From positions 3,701,665 to 3,765,664 of the forward strand of contig NC_092384.1 in the NCBI RefSeq assembly GCF_030028105.1: 64,000 bases of DNA, given 5' to 3'. Under the pieces are notes generated by a model that had not been told where the DNA came from, ran no database searches, and saw nothing but the letters and a program-made list of their open reading frames with translations. The translations under genes and the position numbers were made by a program. How positions within the stretch are numbered: position 1 is the stretch's first letter; every line of letters begins with the position of its first letter. Positions 24,130 to 37,413 of this stretch are shown here, piece after piece. The DNA comes from Mobula birostris. Taxonomy: Eukaryota.

Positions 24130-26620
24130 CAGTAGTGCAATGAGAATGGCTCCAGGAGCAGTGTTCTGTACTGTGTGTAGGATGCAAGAAGTCTTAGATG
24201 CCCACAGTCTCCCGGATGAACATACCGACACCATGTGCACCGAGTTGCTGAGAAAATGTATGAAGGAACTGAAACTGCAGCTCTGTGACGTTCGATTCAC
24301 ACTGAAGAATGAGGAACTGATAGATAGGAGCTACATGGAGGAAGTCACCTCTGTATTGCAGGAGACAGGTAATTGGATAACTATTAAGAGGAGGAAGAGA
24401 AATGAACAGCCAGTGCATAGTAAGCCTGCGGCCGTTTTTCCCAATAATAAGTGCACATATTCAGATACTGTTAAAGGCAACATCGTGCTAGGAGTGAGCC
24501 ACAGTGACCGGGTCTCTGGCACTAACTCTGCTGTTGTAGCTCAGAAGAACAGACAAGTGAACAGGACTGCAGTGCTGATAGTAGATCCCACAGTCAAAGA
24601 GGCAGAGAGGAGATTCTGTGTGTGTGTGTGTGTTGGAGACACCCGGACTGCATGTTGCCTCTCCAGCGCCATGATCATCGATGTCTGAGATCGGTCCCAT
24701 GGCAGTCTCAAGGACGACTGTGCACACCCAGATGCCTTGTTGCATATTGGCATCAATGAGATAGGCGACAAAGACAGGAGGTCTGGAAGAAGGAATTTAG
24801 AGATTGGGTAGAACGCTGAAAACAGGACCTCCCAGATAGTGATCTGTGAATTGCTGCGTGTGCCACATGCAAGTTAGAATAAAAATTGGACGATTTGGCA
24901 GGTGAATGCTGTGGCTAAGGAACTGGTGCATGGAATATAGATTCAGACATATGGTCATTGGAATCTCTTCTGGGGTAAAGGGACAGGTTACACATGAAAC
25001 CAAGGGGTTCCATAATCTTGCGGATAGGTTTGCTAAGAGTTGTTCGGGAGTAGTAAGGTTGTGGTCTACAAGTCAGGACGGGAGACAGAAAATGCAGCCT
25101 GAAATTAAATGTTGCAACAGTCGTGGGGGATTTTGATATGCAGGTAAATCGGGAAAATAAGTTTGGTGCTGGAATCCATGAAAGGAAATTTCCAGCAAAC
25201 CTATGAGGTGGCTTTTTAGAGGAACTAGCTGTTAACCGTTTACACCAACTAGCAGGAAAATTAGCTATTCTGGATGTTGTGCAGTTAACCGGAAAGATGA
25301 GAGAGCTTAAGGTAAAAGTACTCCTATTGGACAGCTGTTAAAATATACCAGAATTCGCGCTAAGCTAAGCTAAAGTCAAAGGCATTACCAGGCAATTACT
25401 GAGGCATGAGAGAGCACTTGGTCAAAATCACTGGAAATGAAAACTGGCAGGAATGACGGCTGAGCAGTAAAGGTGGAATTTCTGCAAGCAAATCGACTGT
25501 GACTACACCACACATGAGGCTGCTTAACAAATTATGAGCCTATGTTAATACAGGAAATATCCTAGGATGGATAAAGTAGTTTTCAATTGTCAGGAGAAAA
25601 AGAGTGGGAATAAAGGGAGCCATTTCTGGTTGACTAGGGTTGACTATTGGTGTTTCACAGGGGCCTCTGTTGGGGTTACTTTTGTACGTTATATGTCAAT
25701 GATTTCGATGACAGAATTGATGGCTTTCGTTCAAGATTTGCCGACGATATGAAGATACGTAAAAGGGCAGGTTGTTTTGAAGAACTGGAGAAGCTACAAA
25801 AGGACGTAAATTTATCATGAGAATGGACAAAGAAAGGTAAGATGGTATACAGTGTCAGGAAAATGTACAGTCATGCACTTGGTTAGAAGAAATAAAATAA
25901 TGACTATTTTCTAAATCGAGAGTAATTTTTTTAAAAATGAGTGGTAGTGCAACTTGGGAGTCCCTATTAGTTAGTTTGCGGGTTGAGTCTGTGGTGAGCA
26001 ACGCAATTTCAATGTTGGCATTCATCCCAAGAGGAGGGAATAAAAAAAAAATACCGAGAGGTATTGTTGAGACTTTATATAGTACTGGCATGGCCTCTGT
26101 TGGAGTATTATGAGCATGATTGGCCCTGTTATCATAGAAAGACTGTGCTGGCACTGGAAAGGTTTCAAAGGAAGTTCACCGAAATGATTGCAGAATTGAA
26201 CGGCTTCTCATATGAACAGTCGTTGATGGCTCTGGGCCTGCATTCACTACAATTCATTGAAACCGGTCGAATGGTGAAAGGCATTGATCGAGTGGAGATG
26301 GATAGCATGTTTTCGGTGGCTAGAGACACTATGACCTGAGGTCACAGGGTCTTTTTAGAACATATATGAGGAGGAATTTCTTCACCCAGAGGGTAGTGAA
26401 CCTATGGAATTCGGTGACACAGGTGGTTGTGGGGGCCAAATGTTTACCTATATTTAAGGCAGAGGTTGATAGCCTTTTATTGGTCAAGGGATGAATGGAA
26501 ACAGGAAGAGGCAGGTGATTGGGGCTGAGAGGAAAAGTGTATCAGCCATGCTGAAATGATAGAGCAGCCTCGGTGGGCCAAATAGCCTAATTCTGTTCCT
26601 AAATCTTATGGTCTTACGCA
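24130..26620 (+). mobile_element. Internally deleted CR1 LINE retaining ORF1 remnants (Cys-rich N-terminus, esterase-like region) and 3' ORF2 pieces
   Basis: AVFCTVCRMQEV zinc-finger-like start, LLHIGINE and VICELLRVPHA esterase-like remnants, and an RT 3' end at 25500-26620. Confidence 0.7.
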
Positions 26621-27465
26621 TTGCTTACTGAGTTCCTCTAACATTTGGTATGTGCTAATTATTTATACTTCTCATCATGCAGAAACAACTGATTTGGCTT
26701 TAATTGTCCTTTGGGGGATTAATAAAAATATTTATTTAATGTCTATTGCCGCTTAGCAACGCCACAGTTTGCCCCTCTTATCATTCTGCCGTTAATTTAC
26801 GTGTGAAATCTCAGTGTGAAATGTCTTACTGCTGGTTTATTTCTGAACAGTTACAATTCATAACAGAATGTATTGTGTTATCCCACCACTTTGTGGCCAC
26901 CATCTGTTAATAAACAAAATAGCTGGCATCACCGTTAACGAAATATCATGTATTTCAACAGAAAAGGATGCAAAGTAAATTGAAAGCTATTTCCAATCTG
27001 TTTGAGTAATCATTTTAATTCGTTCACGAGTGACAGGGGCCATGGACAATGTATTAATTGTCCAACCACAAATACTTCTGAACTGTAGAAGAACTTAAAA
27101 TCTTTCTGGGTGAAGAAACATTATAGACAAGTTTCCTTTCCTGAAAATCTAACAGTTTTGTCTTTCCCAGTAACGAGCGTAATTTGCTGCTTTCAAGTAT
27201 ATTTAACTATTATTGAGGCGGGAAAAAATTCTAAGCAGCAGCCGACAGAATAGATCAAGCCGACTCAGAGAGTTGTTTCAGGTTAGATTAATCCCTACAT
27301 ATCCAAAGAGCCTTAAATTGTTTCACAATTATAATTTAAATTTATTGAATTGGTCTCTACAAACAGCATTCCAGGCAAATTTCTTCCTGTGTCTTGGAAC
27401 ATGTAACAATAAGAAACCAAAAGATCAATTATAATCACTGCTGTAAATGGTGATTTTAAATTTCG

Positions 27466-27595
27466 NNNNNNNNNNNNNNNNNNNNNNNNNNNNNNNNNNN
27501 NNNNNNNNNNNNNNNNNNNNNNNNNNNNNNNNNNNNNNNNNNNNNNNNNNNNNNNNNNNNNNNNNNNNNNNNNNNNNNNNNNNNNNNNNNNNNNN
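27466..27595. other. Assembly gap (130 N)
   Basis: Run of N; the true length is unknown. Confidence 1.
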
Positions 27596-28636
27596 CGACC
27601 CGAAACATCGACTCTACCTCTTCCTAGAGATTCTGCCTGACCTGCTGCATTCACCAGCAACTTTTATGTGTGTTGCTTGAAATTCCAGCATCTGCAGATT
27701 TCCTCGTGTTTGCGTTGAGAACCTAAATTAGTTGCATGGCCTTTTCCGTATTCTGCCGTATTAAACCGTGGCGTTCTCTCTTCACATATGCTCTGATACT
27801 GAAGTCACACATTCTCTCAGAATACTTCGGTTGGTAACGGATAAATAACATGCATCCCAGACATGTAACACTGAACGTCCTTCTCCTATTGTAGGAAATT
27901 TATGCTCCTTACGTTGGTGCACAATGTCTACATGCTGCAGTACCCAAATACGAATCTCAATTCGGAATACAAGTAGCTGGAAAACAGCCTGCTACTCAAT
28001 AAATATTATCACTTCAAAATCGGAATAAGAATGATATTTAGGTTCAATATCACCAGCATATGCCGAGAATTTCTTGTTTTGCGGCAGCATTGCATTGCAA
28101 TAGATAATACACAAAAAAAAACTAGATAGGTTGTGCAAAAAGAGAGCAAAAATGGTGAAGAAGTGAAGGTGGCTTCCATGTCCATTCAGAAATATGAGAC
28201 CGCAAAAACGTTAAGTATGTCTGTCCAGTCTCTTAACTATCCTCGTTGACGTTAACAATAAGTAGTTGGCATGCCCTGTGTGATCCACGTACTTAATGAT
28301 CGATTCCGTTTCTCTGTGACAGCGTCTTTTGAAGATGTGTTGATACTGGAGATGCTCGTGCCCGTCAGACAATAGACCATAAGACACCGGAACAGAATCA
28401 GGCCATTCAGCCCATCGCATCTGCTCTGTCATCCCATCAAGGCTGATCCCACTTCCCACTCATACTCACACATCTGCCTCCTCGCCATATTCTTTGTTGC
28501 CGTAAACGATCAAGAAACGATCAATCCGCGTTAAATACTGCATACCCACGCTGTTGGCCTCCACTGAAGTCAGTGGCAGAATATTCCACAGATTTACCAG
28601 TCTTTGGCAAAAACAATCCTTCCTTACCCCTGTTCT

Positions 28637-31600
28637 TGTCATGGTCCGGTCCGTGAAGTCCGCATTCCGGTTCATGGTCTGGTCCGTGGACTCAGGACTC
28701 CGGGTCTTCTAGCTGTCCCTAGATTGACTAAATCAAAGGCACCTGATTCCCATCTTTGGGATGGCAACATAAGCAGCCTTGGGATTGCGTGTGGGCTGCT
28801 GGTTTGTCTTGTCAGTCCCCCTTAGAACAATCTGCTGGTGGAAGGTTAGTGAAACCATTTGTGATCTCTAGGCCTGGTTAGAGCACAACTGCTTCATGGA
28901 GCCTTGTTGCCACTTGTTGGAGCTGTCTTTGCGGTTTGGATTCGGCTGGTTCCCGGGCCAGCTGAGTGGCTGCCAGCCACTCCGAGCTAGGGAGGGATCC
29001 GGCTGTTTCTGTAGCCAGCTGAGGTTGCTGGCTGAACTGAGACTCGGAGCTACCCCGGAGCAGAGATGGAACTGTCTGTTGTTCTTTGGTGTTTGTCTTT
29101 TCTTGTCCTCGCCTCCGTAGGGTAAGTCAGGCCGTCTTGTCGTTGCCCTGCGGGGGGACCTGCCTTGTCTTTGCCTCTGTTGGGTAAGTCTGGCTGCCCT
29201 GCCATTACCCAACAGATGGACCTGTCACACCCTGCTGTGGAGTAGTTTGACTCCCAACTTGTCTTATGATAAGCCCCGGCTCTATATCTACGTTCCGTCC
29301 TGTCTCATGTTAGTCTCGTGTTAAAGATGTCCCGCCTTGTCGAAGGATAAGTCCCCACTCTAGGCTGATGTTTAGTTCCCAGTCTGTGTCTGAGCTCTGA
29401 GAACCCAGGCCTCGACGATCCCGCAGCCAAGCTCCTAGAACCCCAGCCTCGACGGTCCAGCAGCCAAGCTCCAAGAAGCCCAGACTCGAGAATCCCGCAG
29501 CCAAGATCCAAGAACCCCAGCCTCGAGGATCTCGCAGCCAAGCTCCAAGAGCCCCAGCCTCGAGGATCTCGCAGCCAAGCTCCAAGAGCCCCAGCCTCGA
29601 GGATCTCGCAGCCAAGCTCCAAGAGCCCCAACCTCGAGGATCTCGCAGCCAAGCTCCAAGAGCCCGAGCCTCGAGGATCTCGCAGCCAAGCTCCACGAGC
29701 CCCAGCCTCGAGGATCTCGCAGCCAAGCTCCACGAGCCCCAGCCTCGAGGATCTCGCAGCCAAGCTCCACGAGCCCCAGCCTCGAGGATCTCGCAGCCAA
29801 GCTCCACGAGCCCCAGCCTCGAGGATCTCGCAGCCAAGCTCCACGAGCCCCAGCCTCGAGGATCTCGCAGCCAAGCTCCACGAGCCCCAGCCTCGAGGAT
29901 CTCGCAGCCAAGCTCCACGAGCCCCAGCCTCGTGGATCTCGCAGCCAAGCTCCACGAGCCCCAGCCTCCAGGATCTCGCAGCCAAGCTCCACGAGCCCCA
30001 GCCTCGAGGATCTCGCAGCCAAGCTCCACGAGCCCCAGCCTCGAGGATCTCGCAGCCAAGCTCCACGAGCCCCAGCCTCGAGGATCTCGCAGCCAAGCTC
30101 CACGAGCCCCAGCCTCGAGGATCTCGCAGCCAAGCTCCACGAGCCCCAGCCTCGAGGATCCCGCAGCCAAGCTCCACGAGCCCCAGCCTCGAGGATCCCG
30201 CAGCCAAGCTCCAAGAGCCCCAGCCTCGAGGATCCCGCAGCCAAGCTCCAAGAGCCCCAGCCTCGAGGATCCCGCAGCCAAGCTCCAAGAGCCCCAGCCT
30301 CGAGGATCCCGCAGCCAAGCTCCAAGAGCCCCAGCCTCGAGGATCCCGCAGCCAAGCTCCAAGAGCCCCAGCCTCGAGGATCCCGCAGCCAAGCTCCAAG
30401 AGCCCCAGCCTCGAGGATCTCGCTCCAAGAGCCCCAGCCTCGAGGATCTCGCAGCCAAGCTCCAAGAGCCCCAGCCTCGAGGATCTCGCAGCCAAGCTCC
30501 ACGAGCCCCAGCCTCGAGGATCTCGCAACCAAGTTCCACGAGCCCCAGCCTCGAGGATCTCGCAGCCAAGCTCCACGAGCCCCAGCCTCGTGGATCTCGC
30601 AGCCAAGCTCCACGAGCCCCAGCCTCGAGGATCTCGCAGCCAAGCTCCACGAGCCCCATACCTCGAGGATCTCGCAGCCAAGCTCCACGAGCCCCAGCCT
30701 CGAGGATCTCGCAGCCAAGCTCCACGAGCCCCAGCCTCGAGGATCTCGCAGCCAAGCTCCACGAGCCCCAGCCTCGAGGATCTCGCAGCCAAGCTCCACG
30801 AGCCCCAGCCTCGAGGATCTCGCAGCCAAGCTCCACGAGCCCCAGCCTCGAGGATCTCGCAGCCAAGCTCCACGAGCCCCAGCCTCGAGGATCTCGCAGC
30901 CAAGCTCCACGAGCCCCAGCCTCGAGGATCTCGCAGCCAAGCTCCACGAGCCCCAGCCTCGAGGATCTCGCAGCCAAGCTCCGCGAGCCCCAGCCTCGAG
31001 GATCTCGCAGCCAACCTCCAAGAGCCCCTGCCTCGTGGATCTCGCAGCCAAGCTCCGCGAGCCCCAGCCTCGAGGATCTCGCAGCCAAGCTCCACGAGCC
31101 CCAGCCTCGAGGATCTCGCAGCCAAGCTCCACGAGCCCCAGCCTCGAGGATCTCGCAGCCAAGCTCCACGAGCCCCAGCCTCGAGGATCTCGCAGCCAAG
31201 CTCCACGAGCCCCAGCCTCGAGGATCTCGCAGCCAAGCTCCACGAGCCCCAGCCTCGAGGATCTCGCAGCCAAGCTCCACGAGCCCCAGCCTCGAGGATC
31301 TCGCAGCCAAGCTCCACGAGCCCCAGCCTCGAGGATCTCGCAGCCAAGCTCCACGAGCCCCAGCCTCGAGGATCACGCAGCCAAGCTCCACGAGCCCCAG
31401 CCTCGAGGATCTCGCAGCCAAGCTCCAAGAACCCCAGCCTCGTGGATCTCGCAACCAAGCACCAAGAACCCCAGCCTCGTGGATCTCGCAGCCAAGCTCC
31501 AAGAACCCCAGCCTCGAGGATCCCGGGGCAATGTCATGTCCTTGCCTGGATCTGACGTCGGAGCAGTCCGAGGCAAGACTCGGTTTCTGGGTCCTTGTCC

Positions 31601-31801
31601 ATTCTCGTCCTCGGAGTCCAAGCCTTGTCTCCTAGACCATGGTTCCTTCGCCTGGCCCCGCTTTCTCTAGCCCAAGTCTGCATTCTTGTGCCTGCTCCTG
31701 GTCTGAAACCTGTCATGTCCCTACTCTAGACAAGTCCTTTTCCTTGTAATTCAGTGTCTGTGTCTTGCATTTGAGTCCATTCCCAGCACCACAGTGTGAT
31801 A
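28637..31801 (-). mobile_element. Family-1-related solo LTR carrying a large minisatellite expansion, inserted in a CR1 3' end
   Basis: Termini TGTCATGG...GTGTGATA match family 1 in reverse. Flanks are GTTCT/GCTCT (TSD with one mismatch), and the host LINE sequence is continuous across the insertion. Confidence 0.75.
29400..31525. repeat. 37-bp GC-rich minisatellite, about 57 copies
   Basis: Unit CCCAGCCTCGAGGATCTCGCAGCCAAGCTCCACGAGC (e.g. starts at 29701 and 29738). It yields 37-aa periodic ORFs. Confidence 0.98.
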
Positions 31802-34800
31802 GCTCTAAAATGTCACCACTCAGTTTTGAGGCTGTGCCCTCTAGTTCTCTATTTCCCCCACCTTGGGAAACATTATCTCCATATCCACCATACCTCGTCC
31901 ATTCACCATCCGGTAGGTATCAATGAGATCCCAACTCATTCTTTTCCATTCCACTAAGTACAGGCCCCAGCTGCCAAACGCTCCTGATATTTAACCCTCT
32001 TAATTCCTGGAATCATCCTCTGGACTCTTTCCAATGACAACATATTCTTACCGAGATATGGGGCCAAAACTGCAGCCAATATTCCCGGCAACCTGACGAA
32101 TGTTTTACAAAGGTTCAGAGTTATCTTCTGGCTTTTATATTCGTTTTCCTTTGATATAAATGTCAACATTGCAATTATCATCTTTACCACGGACTCTACC
32201 TGTAAATTTACCTTCTGGGAGTCTTGCACGAAATCTCCTAAGTCCTTCCGCCCCTCCGATGTGTAAACCTTCTCCCTATTTAGATAATAGTCCTCATTAT
32301 TGTTTCTTTTACCAAAATGCATTATCATACATTTCTCAACATTATATTCCACCTGCCATATTTGCCCATTCTTCTAATTTGTCTAAGTCTTGCTGCATCT
32401 GCATTGCTTCGACAGCACTACCTAACCCTCCATGGATCTTCGTATCATTCGAAACCCGCCACAAGACCATCAATTCTATTATCTAGATCGCTGACAAATA
32501 TTGTGAGAAGCAGTGGTCCCAATACTGACCCTTGAGGAAAACCAGAAAAAACCCTTTTATTTCTACTCCTGCCCCCTATCTCTCAGCCACTCCTCCACCA
32601 ATGTCAGTATCATTCCTGTAACGCCATAGGATCTTGTTACGTAGTATCATGTTTGGCAAGTTATCAAGTGCCTTCTGAAAATCCCAGTAAATGTCATTCA
32701 CTGCCTCTCCTTTCTCCACCCTGCTTTGTTATATCCTTGAAGGACTATTACAGATTGGTCAGGTAAGATTCCCCTTGAGAGAAACCACACCAACTTTGAC
32801 GTATTTTATCATTAGTCTCTAAGTATCTTAAAACCTCATACTTAATAACATACTCTAAACATTTCCCAACAACTGCGGTTAGGCTACCAGGCTTATAATT
32901 TTCATTATTTTGCCTTCCTCCATCCTTAAGGGGTTGGGTAACATTTGCAATCTTTCAGTCTTCCGAGACCATGCCAGAATCAAGTGATTCTTGAAAGATT
33001 ACGAGCAACGCATCCGCTATCTCTTCAGCAACCTCTCTCAGGACTCTGGGACCGACCGACCATAACACCGTTCAGTTTACCTCGCACGTTTTAACGTTTT
33101 AATAGCAGTGACACTCAGTCCTGCTCCCTGACAATCACAGCCCTCTGCCAGACAGCTAGTGTCTTCCACTGTAAAAACAGATGCAAAATACCTTTTAGTT
33201 CATCTGCGATTTCTTTGCCCCCCAATATCAACTCTTAGCTCCCTGTCACCTTTATATAACCGACAAAAATTGGCATCCTGCTTTATATGTCATATGCGGG
33301 TGTGGCGCTGGAAGCGGACCCAAATGCAAGACACAGGCACTACAGTACAAGGAACTGGACAGGACTAGAGCCGAGAGTTAGGGACGTGACTGATTGCAGA
33401 CAAGGAGCTGGGACAAGAACACTGACTTGGGCTAGGACATTATGCTAGGATCAGGACTAGGAGCCTGGCCTTGGACTCCGAGCCGGAGACTGAACAAGGA
33501 CCCAGAACCTGGGTCTTGACATGGGCTCGGTAACCGGAACTAAGCGAGGACATGACGTGGCTACAGGACTGGACATGCCTTGGGTTCTTCATGGCTTGGT
33601 TACTTCATGGTTTGGGCACTTCTAGGCGAGGACATGACAAGGCTTGTTTTCGGACTCCGAGCCAGAGACTAGACAAGGACCCAGAACCTGGGACTTAACT
33701 CGAACTCGGACTCCGGAATTAGGCGAAGACATGACGTGGTCTTGGGAGAAAGGACTTGGCGAAGCTGCAGGACAGAATGCAAGATTCCTGGGCAAGACGA
33801 GAGAACTCCAGTACAGGACGATGGAACTCCAGCACAGGACGACGCACATGGAGAGGATGAGGCATATGGCAGGACGAGAACACAAAGCCTTGACTTGGAC
33901 AAGACGAGGTTCTTGGACATAACTTAGACAGGCCGAGGTACAAGGACAGGACGAGACCGCGAAGCCTCGCCTTGGTCTTGGGAGACAGGAACGCAGAGCC
34001 TTGGTAGAGGGAGACATGAACGCAGAGCCTTGGTCGAGGGAGAACAGGAAGATGGGACACAGAGCCGGGACCCCTCCTTGGAAACAGGACGTAGGGCCGG
34101 GACTCATACGCAGAATGCTGAACACGACGAGACAGTTCCCAACACTAGGTAGCGGGAAACGGCCGGAACTACCTAGCGAAGGCGTAGACACAAAATCAGC
34201 TACAAACAACGAAAGACAATTCCTTATCTAGGCACAGCAAGGCTCCTGTCTGCTCCGGCGGTAGAACTTGACAGGCGAGGACGCAGACGAGGTTGCAGGC
34301 AGGGCTTCAGGGAGAAGTTGCAGGCAAGACTGCAGGAAGAGGCTTCACTTAACGCTTCAGGCAGAGGTTGCATGCAAGTCTTCAGGCAGAAGGTGAAGGG
34401 AAGGGAAGGGAACAGTCCAGCAAATGAAGCTGAACTCAGGAGCTACTTATGTAGCCAGCTCAAAATCAGAATAATGTGCCTCAATTAAGGCACACAACAG
34501 GACAAGGGAAAACTGGAAAACCTGGAATACGGATCTCTCGACCGGAACGTGAACCGGAATGCAGGCTTCCCAGACATCCCGGCTAGTATCCTCCTGTGTA
34601 CATTAAGCTCCCTAATAAGATCTGACTTGTAATTCAACAACCAATCTAGGATGACCTTTCCGTAGTAGGTTCAAGCACAAGCTGCTCTAGGAAGCCATCT
34701 GGTAGGTATTCAACAAATTCCCTTTCTTGCGATCCGGGTCCAACATGATTTTCCTAATTCCTTGCATATTGAAGTCTCTTATTACAAATGTGTCATCCCC

Positions 34801-35230
34801 TTATTACACACCTTTTCAATCTCTCTTCGCAATCTCGACTCCACATATTATCCACTATTTGAGGGCCGATATAAGATTCCCATATTGTTTTTGTTTTAAC
34901 CTTTATAGTCTCTTGACTCCGACCACAAAGATTCATCAGTCTCTGATCCGATGTCACCTCTTTCTGAAGATGTAATCCCATCCCTTATCAACAGATATCA
35001 CCAACCGCTTATGACTTCCTGACTGTCTTGTCGATGTAAATTATATCCTCTGATGTTCAGCTTCCAACTAGGGGTTTCATTTAGCCATGACTCAGTGATA
35101 CCCACAACGTTGTACAGACAAGTGCGCCACAGGTTCGTCCACATTATTCCAAATGGTACGCACATTTAAATACAGGAACTTCAGTCCTGCATTGTTAATC
35201 CTTTTGAATTTTGCTTCTGTGGTACAATTT
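31802..35230 (-). mobile_element. Reverse CR1 LINE fragments interrupted by the LTR at 33288
   Basis: MEYNVEKCMIMHFG and ERVQRMIPG motifs, with endonuclease-region pieces at 34580-35230. Confidence 0.8.
33288..34576 (+). mobile_element. Solo LTR (family 1) inserted in a reverse CR1 fragment
   Basis: Begins TGTCATATG...CCAAATGCAAGACACAGG and is similar throughout to 38087-39318. No clear TSD, so the 3' boundary is approximate. Confidence 0.75.
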
Positions 35231-35545
35231 AACTCTTTGCTCCGTCTACAGTTTTTACCGTTTGTGTATTGTTAACTCTGCAAGAAGTGTTACAAATTTA
35301 GAGTGTTTGTTGCCGCAGAAGAACATGTGCCAGCCACAGAGTTGAATAATTCTAGGCAGTACACTAGGTCATTTTTCATCACCAGTAATATCAGCATTTG
35401 GGTGCTTTGATAAAATGACAATAATGACATTACATCACTGGCCGATTTCGAACGGATCTTGTTGCTTCTGGATTATGTAATCGCATTCGGTGCACCTGTT
35501 CAAACGCTGAGGATGAAATTAGTCACTTTTTATTTCCTCTAGTAG

Positions 35546-35589
35546 CAGCTGAAAATGATGAGACCTTAAGTCGCTACCAGGAAAATCAG
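35546..35589 (+). CDS. Duplicated short cytoplasmic exon (Cyt1')
   Basis: Same 44-nt length and phase as 9602-9645, intact AG and CAG|GTAAGA. Reads AAENDETLSRYQENQ. Confidence 0.65.
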
Positions 35590-36415
35590 GTAAGATTAAT
35601 ATTATTATGACATATATAGAGGTTTACATATTTTACACATACACCCTATATCAGTGGCACATAATTAGAGAAACGGAATGGCTGTCACTTTGCATGTAAC
35701 ACCTTGTGTTCTAGGATCGCATGGTTCATTTTTTGTTTTGTATCTCTGGCTTATGCAGTGCAGCATCTTCAGCGATTTATTTATTCAGAGGAGTTTCGCA
35801 AGGGCGATTCCAGGAATGAAAGCTGTATCACAAGAGGAAAGCTTGATGGCTCTGGGTCTGCACTTGCGGGAATTCAAAAGGCTGAGGTCGATATCATTGA
35901 AGCCTTTCGAATGTTGAAAGTCCAAGACAGAGTAGATTTGGAAAGGATGTTTTCCATGGTCGGAGAGTCTCGGCCAAGACAGTAAAGACTCAGGATAGAG
36001 GGGCGCCCTTTCAAAACAGAGATGTGGATTTTTTTTTTTTTTGTCGAATGTTGTGAATGTGTGGAATTTGTTGCCACATATCGCTGTGGAGGCAATTCAT
36101 TTCGTGTACTTAAGGTAGAGATGGGCAGGCTCTTGATTGAACATGGCATCGAAACTTACGGAAAGAAGGCTGGGTCTGGAGTTGAGGAGAAGAAAATAAA
36201 GTAGTAGGCATGGTTGAATGGCAGAGCAAACTCGAATGGCCAGATGGCTTAATTCTGCTCCTATGTCTTATGGTCTTCTGCTCTAATTGAGGAACTCATT
36301 AAGTTCTCCAAGATACTGCATTTGATATTTTGAACTAATCAGACTTGAGTCCCGTCATTTTCTAACTGGGCATTTGTACTAACAAAATAAAGGTCAGGAC
36401 AATAGCTAGTGCAGT

Positions 36416-37075
36416 GGCATGCAAAGGTTTAGGCACGCCTGGTCAAAATTTCTGTTACTGTGAATAGTTAAGCGAGTAGAAGATGAATTGATCTCCAAAA
36501 GTCATGAAGTTAAATATGAAACTTTCTTTTCAACATTTTAAGTTTAGAGTATTATTTTTGTTCTGTAAAATTTTAGAATGAAAAAAGGAAAGGATCGTGA
36601 TGCAAAAGTTTGGGCACCCTAAGAGACTTGAGCTCTCAGATAACTTTTACCAAGGTCGCAGACCTTAATTAGCCTGTTAGGGGTATTTCGTGTTTACAAT
36701 CATCGTTAGGAAAGGCCAAGTGATGAAAATGTTAGAGCTTTACAAATACCTTGACTCCTGAAACCTTGTCCCAATAATCAGCATCCTTGGGCTCCTCTAA
36801 GCAGCGACATAAAACTCTGAAAATTAAAATAAATGATGCCCACAAAGCAGGAGAAGGCTATAAGAAGATAGCAAAGCGTTTTTAAATAGCAGTTTCCTCA
36901 ATTCGTAATGTAATTAAAAGATGGCAGTTAACAGGAACGGTGAAGGTCAAGTTGAGGTCTTTGGAAGAGCACGAAAATTTTCCGTGAGAACTGCCAGTAG
37001 GATTGCAAGAAAGGCAAATGAAAGTCCCGTTTGACTGCAAAAGACCTTCAGGAAGATTTAGCAGACTCTGAAGTT
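36416..37075 (+). mobile_element. Tc1 left part (TIR and transposase N-terminus), truncated
   Basis: CAGTGGCATGCAAA TIR and a frame encoding AHKAGEGYKKIAKRF. Confidence 0.8.
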
Positions 37076-37296
37076 TATATATACACACGAGCTCACCAAT
37101 TGTTTTGGAAAAAAAGACGTACTGGATTTTTTTTTCTGTATGCATTTGCATTTTCCAATTTCCGTCATGGTGATGATGCGTTTCATAGGAATATAACGCA
37201 CTTGGACCCGAAGAAGTTCCGAAAGATCTTGTTTTCTGGTCCGCAGCATGTTGGTATTTGCAGTGTTAATTGAGGTATAAAAATTGTTTTTCTCAG

Positions 37297-37413
37297 GCAT
37301 CGGAAAGACAAGATGTCGGCAGTCCTTCTTATGCGGATCTAAACTTTAAAAGCGATAATAAAAACAAGGAAGTCAGATCTGAAGCCGAACTCACTAATGC
37401 ACTGGTAAGATAA
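37297..37413 (+). CDS. Duplicated terminal cytoplasmic exon (Cyt2')
   Basis: Acceptor TTTTTCTCAG|GCA. Reads ASERQDVGSPSYADLNFKSDNKNKEVRSEAELTNALVR*, with an intact frame. Confidence 0.65.
   Translation, partial: ASERQDVGSPSYADLNFKSDNKNKEVRSEAELTNALVR

Noticed and set aside
24104-24688. 194-aa ORF as a host gene
   Set aside because: It matches the layout of a CR1 ORF1 remnant (Cys-rich start, esterase-like pieces) continuous with LINE sequence.
29400-31525. CRISPR-like array (37-bp repeat)
   Set aside because: The units are head-to-tail with no unique spacers, the genome is eukaryotic, and there are no cas genes.
29305-31670. Six long ORFs (211-730 aa) on both strands
   Set aside because: They result from a 37-bp unit with no stop triplet on either strand. 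The translations are pure 37-aa repeats inside an LTR.
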